This document shows positions 44,321 through 55,870 of a stretch of DNA of 64,000 nucleotides, one piece after another. The notes beneath the pieces were generated by a model. It searched no databases. It worked only from the letters and a program-made list of their open reading frames with translations, and had not been told where the DNA came from. The translations under genes were made by a program, and so were the position numbers. Each line of letters starts with the position of its first letter. The stretch's first letter is position 1. The stretch is from positions 62,001-126,000 of IMG/VR virus record IMGVR_UViG_3300027896_005002, one strand, 5' to 3'.

Positions 44321-45508
44321 TTATTTCACTATCAATATTTTTTTATTAGACATTAAAAACATTTTATTGGTTGACATTTTATTTATTTTGCGACCAGATA
44401 GATCAAAAACCATGTTAGTTAACTTTGTAACTTTGATCATTTTAAAGGAATGATTTAGGATCGAAGTTTTTGGTTTTGAAACTGTCAACACATTGCTTTG
44501 ATTTGTAAGTCCAATAGAATTTTTTGTTTTTACCTGAAGATACGTCAATTCAGATTTTAAAATTGTATCACAGAAATTAATGGATGCTTCAGATAAATTG
44601 ATTGAAATTGGCAACATTGACAAAGAATCACATCCAATATACAATTGTGCAACAACTCCATCACTTGTGTCATTTTGAATCAATTTCCATGAAACTGTTA
44701 TATTGGAATTATTGAATTGAACTTTAAATGAATCAATAGAATCAAATGGAATTGCTGAAATATTTACATTTAATAAAATATTTCCATTTGCTCTATTGTT
44801 TGCTAAAATTGTACCATCATCTTTTATTACAATTGAATCAATTGATGAAATATCTTTCAATGAAAAATTCAATTTTCCTATTTGACTTTTTGTTTTTTGT
44901 TGTGCATCTAAATTGTATAATTGTAAACCTTGAAGTACGCTAACATCTATAACAGCACCAATTAATATGTTATGATTGTATTTATTTACCAAAAGATCAC
45001 CGCCGCTGCCACCAATTCCTGTACTTGGAATGCAACAATTTTTAATATGTGTCGTAAACACATATGTGCCTGTCCAAGTTGTATTTTGATTAGGAACAAC
45101 AAATTTTGAAGATTGAATTTGAATGATGTCTTTTTTAACAACCAGCATTTGATAATTAAGAGTGTCGTTTATTCGATATGATTTTGTGTCAATCGATCCA
45201 GCAGTTGTCCATGTTGATTCTGACCAAAATGTTCCTGATTCATCCAAATATAAAGGACAACATAAATGTCCGCCCATTGTCAAATTTTCATAAAATGTAA
45301 TTTCGCCATACCCTGTTAATGAGTCTTTTGCATATTTATTCATTTTTGAAAAATATGCAAAAGTTGGTGACAAATTTTTCTCTGATGACAACACTCCTTC
45401 ACAAAGCTTATACTCGCCTGTGAAAAATGTATCAACAATTGTGGTAGAAGAAAATGACACCGAAACCGACACCATCAAAACATACATTGAAAATATGAAA
45501 TTTTTCAT
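44321..45508 (-). CDS. secreted beta-rich protein with T9SS-type C-terminal domain-like tail
   Basis: SD AAGGAGG; signal peptide MKNFIFSMYVLMVSVSVSFS; C-terminus ..VFDLSGRKI..KKILIVK. Confidence 0.6.
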   Translation of the reverse strand: MKNFIFSMYVLMVSVSVSFSSTTIVDTFFTGEYKLCEGVLSSEKNLSPTFAYFSKMNKYAKDSLTGYGEITFYENLTMGGHLCCPLYLDESGTFWSESTWTTAGSIDTKSYRINDTLNYQMLVVKKDIIQIQSSKFVVPNQNTTWTGTYVFTTHIKNCCIPSTGIGGSGGDLLVNKYNHNILIGAVIDVSVLQGLQLYNLDAQQKTKSQIGKLNFSLKDISSIDSIVIKDDGTILANNRANGNILLNVNISAIPFDSIDSFKVQFNNSNITVSWKLIQNDTSDGVVAQLYIGCDSLSMLPISINLSEASINFCDTILKSELTYLQVKTKNSIGLTNQSNVLTVSKPKTSILNHSFKMIKVTKLTNMVFDLSGRKINKMSTNKMFLMSNKKILIVK

Positions 45509-45741
45509 ATTTTCCTCCTTTTGGTTAAGTTTGAAACACATAAGCATAAACCCATTCTATGCTTATTGTATATAATCAATCAAACAAACCAAAATTGCGT
45601 CCAAATATGGCCGTCTACTTAGATTTAAATATTCGCGTTTTATGATAAGTTGGATAACCAGCAACTGATTTTCGAGATAGCGGACAGCGTAAAGTATTTA
45701 CAAGATGGTCACCTTTTGGCCTTTTACAATACTTGCAAATT

Positions 45742-48425
45742 TCATTGTTTTTTCTTCGTTTCATAAGATTTTTTTAATTGAGGTCTCTTATATTCTTTAA
45801 GGATTAATTGTTTTTGCTTAAACATTTCCTCATCCTTGCCATTTACAAAAGCTCTCAAATAATTACTATAACAATCAACATCATCATTTGTTAAATTTTT
45901 TGCAAATTCTTCCAATATAGGATATAACTGTTTTTCACCATCTATAAAACGATGAACAATTGATTTTACATCCTGATTGCGCTTCATTTATTAACCTTTA
46001 CATTTTTAATAGTTTTATCAAGATACACTGTTCCGCAATTTGAGCAAGTTCCGCGAAATTTAATACGAAAGACTTCATCCTTTTTTCGAAAACTAGCTTG
46101 ATCTAAAGCTCGAATTGTATTATACTTTCTATCAGATTCACTAAATATAATTGGCAAAAAACAAATTGGACACAAATTAGGTTTTATTTCTTGAGTTTGA
46201 GCTACCATAACTACACTACCTCTTGGGTCCCGATGGAGGTTTCACCGGTGATCGAAAAGATTTTTTATTTTTCACATTTCCTCTCATTAGTCCTTCAGTC
46301 AATTTACTACCTCGTACTTTCTTAAGTTGGTTATCATCGTCATTGTTCCTAAATGCTATTCCATGAAGTTTTGCACAATTCAAACAATAAGTAATATGCA
46401 GTCCTAATACAATGCAAGATCCTTCGCCCGTTTTTGGGTTAAATATATCTTCCTCTTTAAATGGTCCTGCAGAGCACGCACAATATGTATATTTTTTTGT
46501 TGTTCCATCTGCTGCTACATAAAAATTTTGTCTTGGTCCACTCATATTAAACCTTTCTAAAAATTTATTCTTTATTTTTCTTCACTAATTGGTACATATC
46601 GAGGATCATATTCACATTTACCACTTATCGGTACTACTTTGCAAGATTCATTAATACATACCTTACACTTTGACGGCTCAACTTCACATTTTAATAATTT
46701 TAGCAATACTTTAATTAAAAATCTTCGTAACATTTATTCTCCTTTTTAATATCTTCCAATAATCCATGTAAATCTTCAGGTAATGACAAATCCTCAAAAA
46801 TTCCAACCCAAGTATCTCCATAAGCACCACATTGAATACAGTGATAAAAAGCGTCAGGTTCTCCCACTTTTCCATGAAGATCAGCAGAACCATTACATAT
46901 TGAACATTCAATAGCATTCTTTTTTGTTACAGACACTGCTGCAAATCGAGCTTGTTGAAAGAGATAAAAATAAACAAGACCTCTTCTAATATCTTCCATA
47001 ATTATTATTCCTGAACAAGTATGCAACCACAATTCGATATCAATCCATTAATAAGAATTGTAATATCAACATTATCTATTTGAATATATTCAGGCCATTC
47101 TCTTACATGACAAACTTTCGGTCGTTGATCAAATATATCTTTCAAAATAATAGCAATTTCTGATTTTGAATCTGACATCAAGCAAGAATAAACCATTTCA
47201 AAATCTTGTCGTAAAAAGAAGTCTTTTGCATCATCAGTAAATTGCATATATATATAATCATACTTTCTTGCACAGTATGACAATTTTTTTTAAAAATACT
47301 CTACGACTTTTAACATGATTTATTACTCTATGACAATTGATTGGTCTTATAATAAAAATTTAGATACTTATCTATTTGGTGAACAATCGCGAGGCGGTGG
47401 TGTCTTCAAAGACAATAATTCTTGGTATGGAAATTCTGTAGTATTTGATGACATCATTATGTTTGGACCATATCCTACAATAGAAGAAGCTAAAAAAGCT
47501 GTAGAAAATGATTTTACTACAAGAATTGCACGATTAACTTAAAAACATTTCAAATTTCTTTAAATCCTCATCCTTAATAAATATTGCTATATTCCCGTCT
47601 GGAATATAATTTGCAAATCTAACTCTTGGCATCTTTTTCTTACTCTCACAATTAATAATTGGTTGTAATTCACTCAATTGATATTTATCTACTAACATAA
47701 TATCATGATCATAATTACAACCAAATTCCAAAAAGGCATCTCGTATAAAAGCATCATACTGATCGTTTAAATGAGTCAATTTTATAAATAAATCATTCAT
47801 AAATTATTCCCATCATTTCTCCTTTACACAAGCAGCGTCTTTTTCTACTTTTAAATTGTTGCATTCACCTATTACTAAGTTTCGTAAATCAATATCATTC
47901 ATGGGACATAACTTAACTCTTAATCTTTTCCATATTGCATTTACATCTCGCCAAACTTCTCCAGGTACTTCAAAAGCCAAACATTTCACGCATTCATCCA
48001 TGTCAACAATTTCTTTTAACATTAGTTACTCCTTCTAATTATATAGTTAACCTTTCTAATATTCTTTTTATTATCTTTTTTCGGTCATCAATAAGTTTAT
48101 CATATTCAGACCCCGTAACTAAAACTTTTATTCTTTCATTCAATTTAAATAATATATTATTATATTTTGTATTTATCTCATCAACAACTTTCATTAAAGC
48201 CATTTTTCTTCTACATATTTCATCCGTATATATGCCTGATAAATAAATATCTCCAGCTAACTTGTCCAAAACCCATCCCATCCCACAAGTATCCCAAAAC
48301 ATCATATATCGTTTAACATCAAAAGCATGTTTTATGCATATTCTTTCTATCTCTTTACAAATTTCTTTCTCAACCATCATAAATATTTCTTCGTCACAAC
48401 TAATACTTAACATTAAATCTTGCAT
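45742..48425 (-). CDS. run of small hypothetical proteins, several with Zn-binding Cys pairs (one, 47315-47542, on +)
   Basis: ORFs 45742-45987, 45984-46208, 46216-46545, 46715-47032, 47005-47283, 47534-47800, 47813-48022, 48039-48425. Confidence 0.5.
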
Positions 48426-48778
48426 TAATTACCTCAACTACTGTCGCATGATCAATATGCTTTTGCGGCTTTTCATGCCAATCAAATAATATTCTCAATA
48501 TTAAACCTAAAAGTAATTTCGTTTTTTATACAACTTGATTAATCCAAAAATCCACATGAAGTTTCCAAGAATCATACCAATAATTGATATTATTGATGTC
48601 TTGACAAAGAAAACTGTCACATACATTATAATTATACCCAAAATTGTAATTAATAAATTCATAATGATTTAATCATTTTTAATATCAATGACGCCTAGTA
48701 ATTTAATCATTTCTAATATCAATGATACCTACCTCAAATTCATTATCAACGTGTTTATTATTGTGTGCGCTTTCTTAC

Positions 48779-48810
48779 AAAAAAGGGGAGCTACATTAAG
48801 TAGCTCCCCT
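48779..48810 (-). terminator. intrinsic terminator
   Basis: AGGGGAGCTAC-TTAAT-GTAGCTCCCCT followed by U-tract, downstream of 48871-49563. Confidence 0.85.
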
Positions 48811-48870
48811 ACCGTCAAAGGAGTATTCTAAGATTTCATGGCGTAAATCATTAGATTAGAGATTGACGGT

Positions 48871-49563
48871 TTAATGTGGAAATAAATGATGTAATCCTTG
48901 ATAAATTATATAAGCATATATTGGAACATTAGGAACTTGATGTTTAATAGCATCAACTACACTATCAGTAATTGCTTTTTTGGCAGTTTTACCTGATGCT
49001 CTACCAATTTGTTTTAATAATTTTATTGCTTCACCTTCTTTAACATACTTAAGTCTACGACCTATACTAGGATTAATTCGTTTTCCAAATTGTTCTAAAA
49101 TGCGCGTTGCTTCATCTACAGTAAAAGTATCTTCAAATCCTCCAATTGCTTTTTGAAACTCATCTTTTATTTCCAATTTTCGTTCATTATTTGTACCATG
49201 TTGATTATATTCAAACATTAAATTACGTAAATTATATTTATTTACTATATCTAACCATCTTTTGGCAAATGGTTCATATTGATTTTCGTAAATCAAAAAA
49301 CCATAAGTATTATTTGGTAACAAATTTTCTTTAGTAAAATCTTTAGGTATATTATAAACTTCGGCTAAAGCATTAGTTGACCTTGGAATTTCTATATCCA
49401 TTAATGATTTACCATCATCATCCCGATGACGAGTTATATGTCGTTTTGATTTAGGATGATCATGTAAATACTGTCGTTGAGCGCTATATGACATATCATC
49501 CCATAAATAATCTCTTTTAGTATTTTGTAAAAATTCTGTTTGTATTAATGCTAAATGTTTCAT
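48871..49563 (-). CDS. MKHL-tag family protein
   Basis: MKHLALIQTEFLQNT..WDDMSYSAQRQYLHDHPKSK. Confidence 0.68.
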   Translation of the reverse strand: MKHLALIQTEFLQNTKRDYLWDDMSYSAQRQYLHDHPKSKRHITRHRDDDGKSLMDIEIPRSTNALAEVYNIPKDFTKENLLPNNTYGFLIYENQYEPFAKRWLDIVNKYNLRNLMFEYNQHGTNNERKLEIKDEFQKAIGGFEDTFTVDEATRILEQFGKRINPSIGRRLKYVKEGEAIKLLKQIGRASGKTAKKAITDSVVDAIKHQVPNVPIYAYIIYQGLHHLFPH

Positions 49564-49627
49564 ATAATATACTAAATTATCAAAATAATTGAAATAAATC
49601 TACAACTTCTACTGTGATTATATCTAC

Positions 49628-50182
49628 ATGAATCAAACAAAGCAAGACCTATTCTCTATAGCTATTAATATATGTACATCATTTCTACATCTTAATAATA
49701 TTTCTATTCCTAGATATATGAATCGTAATATATCTTCTCATGGCTTTTTCAATCCACCAAATATTATCATAGTAAATCTCAAAAATGCCAGAACGCCAAC
49801 AAAAACTCCCGGCTTTTGTTGGTCTTATCCAGGCTATAAAGCTGATCTCACTCCAATTGGAATTACTGCACATGAAATTGGTCACTACTTACAATATATT
49901 TTCAACATTACTAACAGACAAATCACATCATTAACTATTGACGAACCATCCGTCTCTTCATATGAACCCAATGCTGGTGAAATACTATCAGAATCTACTA
50001 AACTTTTCATCAATAATCCTAATTTACTTAAGCTCGGCAGACCAAAACGATATTCATTATTATGCGATGCACTACATCTAAGACCATTACATGATAAACC
50101 TTGGCAAACAATATTATCTAATGCACATCCAAAATTTATTATTGCTGCAACAAAATGGATTAAACATGGCCAATCCTCATAA
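49628..50182 (+). CDS. HExxH zincin-like protein
   Basis: TAHEIGHY..SSYE...GEILSE. Confidence 0.6.
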   Translation: MNQTKQDLFSIAINICTSFLHLNNISIPRYMNRNISSHGFFNPPNIIIVNLKNARTPTKTPGFCWSYPGYKADLTPIGITAHEIGHYLQYIFNITNRQITSLTIDEPSVSSYEPNAGEILSESTKLFINNPNLLKLGRPKRYSLLCDALHLRPLHDKPWQTILSNAHPKFIIAATKWIKHGQSS

Positions 50183-50690
50183 TAAAAATCGTTATGGTGA
50201 AACATGGGATTGCCATCTCATCGGTCTTTACCAAGAGGAACTAGAACCCTTCAAAAAACTTGTCATTTTTTCTGGTGGTTGGGCTTGGCATTTTATGTCA
50301 CCACCTCATATTGAATATAAACATGCTCATGATCACAAGGATGTTGATATATTTGTTTTACCTGAAAATGTCGTTACTGTCATCAATTTACTTACAAAAT
50401 TCAATTTCAAAAAAATTCATACAAGATTTGACGGTCTTGAAAATGACTTTAGACGCTACGAAAAATATTTTCTCAATTGCAAAAAATTAATCATTGATTT
50501 CTTTGTCAAAAAAGACCTTCAAATTGAAGTCATTGATGGTTGGCAAGTTGTTCACCCAAAACAATTATTAACTTTCTACAAAAATTTTCACTCAAGTGAT
50601 AATTGTTTTGCAGTTGTGGCTGCTGCTAAATTAATTGAAAAAAATATTAATCCCATTGGCCGTCTAGAATTATTATCACCTTATGAATAA
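50166..50690 (+). CDS. nucleotidyltransferase-fold protein
   Basis: FSGGWAW..HKDVDIFV..IIDFF; start moved to MANPHN. Confidence 0.65.
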   Translation: MANPHNKNRYGETWDCHLIGLYQEELEPFKKLVIFSGGWAWHFMSPPHIEYKHAHDHKDVDIFVLPENVVTVINLLTKFNFKKIHTRFDGLENDFRRYEKYFLNCKKLIIDFFVKKDLQIEVIDGWQVVHPKQLLTFYKNFHSSDNCFAVVAAAKLIEKNINPIGRLELLSPYE

Positions 50691-50696
50691 AAAACA

Positions 50697-50978
50697 ATGA
50701 TTTGTTTACGATGCAGTTATTGTTGTTTAAAATATCTGGTAGTTGTCATTAAAGATCCAGAAAAAGGACTTATTGAAGGAAATGCTTTAGTTTTAAATGG
50801 AACAATAAAATGTCCTCATTTAGATGGAATACCAGGAAAAAGTTCTTGTAAAATTCATCATTATGAATGGTTTAAAGAAACACCATGCGGTCAACATACT
50901 CAATTTGAAACTGAAAATTCTAATTGTCGAATAGGTGAATATATCATCAAAAACCATTTAGAAAGGACTCTAATATGA
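50697..50978 (+). CDS. CxxCxxCC (YkgJ-like) metal-binding protein
   Basis: CLRCSYCC..CPHL..CKIH..PC. Confidence 0.65.
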   Translation: MICLRCSYCCLKYLVVVIKDPEKGLIEGNALVLNGTIKCPHLDGIPGKSSCKIHHYEWFKETPCGQHTQFETENSNCRIGEYIIKNHLERTLI

Positions 50979-51934
50979 TAAATAATTTCTCTATCATCAC
51001 GGGCCAAGAAAAATATCCTCTCTTTGACAGACTAACAAAACATACAATACAACCCATAGGCACTACGCCCGTTGTCATTCCGGCTGAAATAGTAAAATTC
51101 AAAAATGATAATATCAAAGTTAAAATAAACAATTGTGTCAGAGGTTCTGAAGTCTTTGTTATACAGCCTTGTTATCCACACTTACATGATAGACTGTTTG
51201 AAGTACTTATCCTTATTGATGCTCTTAAAAATGCTAGTGCTAGCAAAGTTACTGCTATTTTGCCTTATTTCCCTTATGTTAGATCCGACAAAAAAGAACA
51301 TGATAGAATTTCTATCACAGCAAAAATGATTGCCAAACTTCTTCAATCAGTCGGAACTGATCATGTTATTACCGTCTGCCTTCATTCACCCCAAACACAA
51401 GGCTTTTTTGATATTCCAATGGATCATTTACTACCAAGTAAAACAATCTGTGAATACTTTATAACAAATAAAGTCATTAAAGAAAACACAATGATAATAG
51501 CTCCCGATGCAGGTAGTGTAAAAATGGCCAGTCATTATGCACGAAAACTTAACCTTCCACTTTCAATTGTCGACAAAAAACGAATTGATGACACAGAATC
51601 TGCGATCTCTGGCTCTATTATTGGTGATGTTTCAAACAAATCCTGCCTCATCATTGATGATGAAATTGCTACAGGCAATTCAATTTTCAAGGCAACACTC
51701 AATCTTTTAAAAAATGGAGCTGTTGATGTATCGGCTTTTGCTGTTCATGGTGTTCTTGTCGGAGATGCTCTTAAAATGCTCAATGAATCACCTTTAAAAC
51801 AACTATACATTACTGACACTATTTGGCGCCCAGAAGTAGATAATAACCCAAAAATCACTACAATATCTATTTCAAAAATGATCTTTGACGCTATCATCTG
51901 TATCAATTCAAATCTATCTATGGCTAATATATAA
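50975..51934 (+). CDS. prs: ribose-phosphate pyrophosphokinase
   Basis: LPYFPYVRSDKK, LHSPQTQGFFDIP, APDAGS, IIDDEIATGNS, HGVL. Confidence 0.92.
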   Translation: MINNFSIITGQEKYPLFDRLTKHTIQPIGTTPVVIPAEIVKFKNDNIKVKINNCVRGSEVFVIQPCYPHLHDRLFEVLILIDALKNASASKVTAILPYFPYVRSDKKEHDRISITAKMIAKLLQSVGTDHVITVCLHSPQTQGFFDIPMDHLLPSKTICEYFITNKVIKENTMIIAPDAGSVKMASHYARKLNLPLSIVDKKRIDDTESAISGSIIGDVSNKSCLIIDDEIATGNSIFKATLNLLKNGAVDVSAFAVHGVLVGDALKMLNESPLKQLYITDTIWRPEVDNNPKITTISISKMIFDAIICINSNLSMANI

Positions 51935-52183
51935 ATGTTTTCAATTTATTCTGAAATAGATTCATTGCGTGCAATTCTATCCATTCCAAATGGATATAAT
52001 AAAGGCAACAAAATCATTGACGAATGTCTTCATCATTTAGATAAAGTTCAAACAAGCCTCAATTCTTTATCTAGTTGTTTAAGAATTGGCAGTTATGGTG
52101 AAGGCACAAAAAGTATTAGAATGTGTTTTAAAGAATTAAATTTGCGTAAACAACATCCTAAAAGACTTAATGTGATTAATTAA
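51935..52183 (+). CDS. hypothetical protein
   Basis: 82-aa ORF directly after prs. Confidence 0.5.
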   Translation: MFSIYSEIDSLRAILSIPNGYNKGNKIIDECLHHLDKVQTSLNSLSSCLRIGSYGEGTKSIRMCFKELNLRKQHPKRLNVIN

Positions 52184-52391
52184 ATCAATCCATAGTCGTG
52201 TAACACACATTGTTATATGTAAAGGCAAACATCCATTTTATGGTGATGGAGTTTTTACAATGTGTGGTAAACATCTACGATGCGAGACTTTTACACCACA
52301 AAAAATCGGACAAAAATGTAAAGTCTGCTTTTACAAACCAGACTACCCAAAATGATTACTTCGCATTCAATATCTCATCAAAGGACCTTAA

Positions 52392-53312
52392 ATGACTATT
52401 GTTTATGTCATCTCTGGCATTCTCTTACTTTATATCGGTGCTGAATTACTTGTTAGAGGTGGCAGCAACTTTGCCCTTAGACTTGGCATACCTCAAATCA
52501 TCATTGGTCTCACAATTGTAGCATTTGGAACAAGTGTTCCAGAACTTGTTGTAAGCATTGTAAGTGGATTAAAAGGTTTAGGAGATGTAGCTGTCGGAAA
52601 TGTTGTTGGTTCTAATATTTTTAATGTTGGCATGATTTTAGGCTTTACAGCATTAATCTATCCAATAAAAGTAAGTAAAAGTGTTCTTAAATTTGATATT
52701 CCTTTCCTTACTTTAATATCACTTCTACTTTGGTTCTTTATGAAAGACAATTACATTTCAAGATTTGAAGGCATAATAATGACCATTCTATTCCTATTTT
52801 ATATTTTTTACACACTTCGATCTATCAAACATCACAAAAAAGAAAAAATACCACCTAAAATCAAAGGCAATATGACCTTTGATATTATCTTCATCATAAT
52901 CGGTCTCGCATTACTTGTCTTTGGATCAGAAATACTAGTCAAAGGCGTTGTTAATCTTGCCAGACTACTTCATATTAGTGAAGCAATCATTGCTTTAACT
53001 ATAGTAGCTGCCGGCACAAGCTTTCCTGAACTTGCTACATCTATAATAGCAGCAATCAAAAAACAAGATGATATTGTAACAGGAAATATTATCGGCTCCG
53101 GCATTTTCAACATTATAGCTATTCTCGGAATTAGCAGTTTAATAACACCACTCAAAATCGTCAATATAAGACTAATTGATATCTTATTTATGGTAGGAAC
53201 AACTTTAATGATCATACCAGTTATGATCACAGGTATGAAAATAACAAGAATAGAAGGTCTCTTACTCTTCATCTCTTATATAGCTTACATTGCTATATTA
53301 TGGCCTCATTAA
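52392..53312 (+). CDS. Ca2+/Na+ antiporter (CaCA, YrbG-like)
   Basis: Two alpha repeats: VAFGTSVPE..GNVVGSNIFN and VAAGTSFPE..GNIIGSGIFN; about 10 TM. Confidence 0.93.
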   Translation: MTIVYVISGILLLYIGAELLVRGGSNFALRLGIPQIIIGLTIVAFGTSVPELVVSIVSGLKGLGDVAVGNVVGSNIFNVGMILGFTALIYPIKVSKSVLKFDIPFLTLISLLLWFFMKDNYISRFEGIIMTILFLFYIFYTLRSIKHHKKEKIPPKIKGNMTFDIIFIIIGLALLVFGSEILVKGVVNLARLLHISEAIIALTIVAAGTSFPELATSIIAAIKKQDDIVTGNIIGSGIFNIIAILGISSLITPLKIVNIRLIDILFMVGTTLMIIPVMITGMKITRIEGLLLFISYIAYIAILWPH

Positions 53313-53358
53313 CGACGGTCTATGGCGGATACATCATAATCACATGATTGTAAACAAT

Positions 53359-54132
53359 TTATTTTCTTTTATCATACAACCTCCTTAATCCTTTTCTACA
53401 AAAAGACAACAATTTTTGCATACAAAAACCTAAATTTCTAAATATTAATTTATGTTGATACAAAAGTTTAAGAGGTTTATTAATACCAACCTGCATTCTA
53501 CTGCCCGAACTTTTATTATATATATAAAAATTAGTGCAAGTATAATCCACAATATTATAAGCTATTGTAACATTTACTCCCAAATCAATAAATTTAGAAT
53601 GAAATGCATCTGTTTTCCTAATATCCTCAAGAGGTGAAATAGGACTCAAAGGCTTACAAGTTATTGTACTACAAAAAGACTTATTAAGATGTATTATAAA
53701 TTTATCTCTTAACTCTTGATCAGGAATCATTGCCAAAAGAGACAAAAGATATTTATCATCACGAAGAAACTTAACAGATGAAGGACAAACATTGCCCTTC
53801 TTACAATTACATTGCGCGCACATAGTCTGCAAATTTTCAAGAACATTAGCACCATTCTTTGATATCGGCACAATATGATCTTTTGTAAACAATACATCCT
53901 TACCATTACGATGACCATACAAATTAAGATGATAGCAAATATCTTTATTTGTTTTTTCTTTTGCAAAAAAAGTACCTTGTAAACCACAATGAACACAAGT
54001 AATACCGTGATATTTGAAATTACGAAGTCTCAATGATGACAAATTAACTTTATCACCATCAAGAATAATAGTTGGCTGGGTATCAATAAGTGATAAAATA
54101 TCTTCTAATGAATAAATTGATTTGCGAATCAT
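53359..54132 (-). CDS. HNH endonuclease-domain protein
   Basis: CVHCG..TKDHIVPISKNGAN..ENLQTMCAQCNCKKG. Confidence 0.85.
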   Translation of the reverse strand: MIRKSIYSLEDILSLIDTQPTIILDGDKVNLSSLRLRNFKYHGITCVHCGLQGTFFAKEKTNKDICYHLNLYGHRNGKDVLFTKDHIVPISKNGANVLENLQTMCAQCNCKKGNVCPSSVKFLRDDKYLLSLLAMIPDQELRDKFIIHLNKSFCSTITCKPLSPISPLEDIRKTDAFHSKFIDLGVNVTIAYNIVDYTCTNFYIYNKSSGSRMQVGINKPLKLLYQHKLIFRNLGFCMQKLLSFCRKGLRRLYDKRK

Positions 54133-54399
54133 CTATTTTGTTGCCCAATTTGGTTTCTGACTAAATTCACCAAGTATTTCATCTATTGTCCAATTTGGCT
54201 TCCGTTTACATATAGTTTTTTCCATTGATTCTCCATGAAAAAAGAGTCTCTATAATTCTCTGTTAAAGGTAAGATTACTACCATATCCTACGATACCAGT
54301 CCCTGCATGCAGATGCACAATCCTCAGATAGCGGGTACTCTGTATTTTGTATCGACAAATGTCGAAGCATTGCTTTTTTGGGACTCATTACATACACAA

Positions 54400-54666
54400 C
54401 TATAGAGACTCATTTTTGCGAGAAAATTTGAAATAAAGTAATAAATCAACACCTACCATAAGTAAATTAACTATGTAAAGTACTATCACCCAATTATAAG
54501 ATAAAAACAGTTTATTCACAATGCCGCTTAAATATCCTAACATCACAATCATCATAAAAACTGGACTTTTTCCTGCCACTACATGCGTACGTAAAGCTTT
54601 TGTTATAGAAATAGGCCAACTAACTCCAAAACAAAAAAGCATCAATACTTCAAAATTCATTGACAT
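54400..54666 (-). CDS. small PQ-loop/SemiSWEET-like membrane protein
   Basis: MLFCFGVSWP.SI.K..R....GKS..F pattern, three TM. Confidence 0.65.
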   Translation of the reverse strand: MSMNFEVLMLFCFGVSWPISITKALRTHVVAGKSPVFMMIVMLGYLSGIVNKLFLSYNWVIVLYIVNLLMVGVDLLLYFKFSRKNESL

Positions 54667-54719
54667 ATCCTTATTCTATAGTATTATAATCAAACTAAAA
54701 ATCGTAGATTTAAGAAATA

Positions 54720-55148
54720 TTAGTGTTCAAGTGAGGTAGAATTTGATCTTGCTTTAGTTCTTTGTTTACATCGTTTGTCAAGTTTTAAACGAAGTAATTT
54801 ATTGCGTTTAATGGCTTTTGCTAAAAGTTCAGACCCTATAAGTTTTCCAAAAGCTTTATTATCGTCGTCCTTCTTATTATCGATAATAGAAGCACCAAAA
54901 ATATTAAACCTATTTGGCCTAATCGGTACATAACCAAGTTCTGTCAATTTTGTACAAACAAACTCAATCCAACCATGAGCACTTATCCAAGATTTTTCTT
55001 GCTTAATATATTGATTACCATACTTCCTTAAAAAACACTTAATATCTCTTTCAAACTGTCTCAACGTCTTTTTCTCATGATAAAAAAGATAAGGACAATA
55101 CTCTTCATACCATGACCAAGAAAACTCAAATATTTGATTTACCATCAT
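54720..55148 (-). CDS. hypothetical protein
   Basis: 142-aa ORF in the operon. Confidence 0.55.
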   Translation of the reverse strand: MMVNQIFEFSWSWYEEYCPYLFYHEKKTLRQFERDIKCFLRKYGNQYIKQEKSWISAHGWIEFVCTKLTELGYVPIRPNRFNIFGASIIDNKKDDDNKAFGKLIGSELLAKAIKRNKLLRLKLDKRCKQRTKARSNSTSLEH

Positions 55149-55870
55149 TCTTTCCCCTTCATTCTCTTGTGTTTATATTTGTTCTGAAAAATTAATCCAA
55201 CACCTCTCTCTATCACATGAGCCTCAGTCATTTCAAATCCATTATTCAAAAAACTCATAAGTTTCTTCCAAAAACTTTTAGGATAAAATAAGGCTCGTTC
55301 TCTTTCAATTATATACTGTGATCCTGGACAAAACGTTATCCATTCAAGATGTTCATAATTTTCAAAAATAGACTGCATAAAATCATCAAATGATTTGAAT
55401 ATACATGGGCTTCTACTCCTTTTCAAACTCTGATGCCACTCAATATAGAAATTATTATTTTTTTCAGTATACAATCCATCTGAATTCTTATAATGAATTC
55501 TATTATTATGTTCTATATAGAATCCTTCAGAATTAACTCGACCGGATACTACATTATTTTTGTAACTTTCCAATGAAGTAAATTTTTCACTTTTTATTAA
55601 TAAATTAAAATCTTTTCTTGAGCAATGTGCAAAAGGATTACCTTGTAAAAAAGCTATCAAATCTGGCAAATTCTCATAATTCCTATAAATAAACTCAAAA
55701 ATATCCTTCTGATTATGTCCATCATTTGAAAGAAGAACTTCATTGTAACCTTCTCCTAAAGATTCTCCCTTATTATAAATAACATAATTGTCAGTATAAT
55801 TTTTAATCCAAGAAACATCTTCTTTAAATCTCGTAACAACAAAAACAGCTTTAAGTCCAGTCATTGCCAT
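55145..55870 (-). CDS. DUF3431-like putative glycosyltransferase
   Basis: VVTRFKEDVSW, YNKG, YENLPD..AFLQGNPFAH, PGSQY, AHVIER. Confidence 0.75.
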   Translation of the reverse strand: MAMTGLKAVFVVTRFKEDVSWIKNYTDNYVIYNKGESLGEGYNEVLLSNDGHNQKDIFEFIYRNYENLPDLIAFLQGNPFAHCSRKDFNLLIKSEKFTSLESYKNNVVSGRVNSEGFYIEHNNRIHYKNSDGLYTEKNNNFYIEWHQSLKRSRSPCIFKSFDDFMQSIFENYEHLEWITFCPGSQYIIERERALFYPKSFWKKLMSFLNNGFEMTEAHVIERGVGLIFQNKYKHKRMKGKE

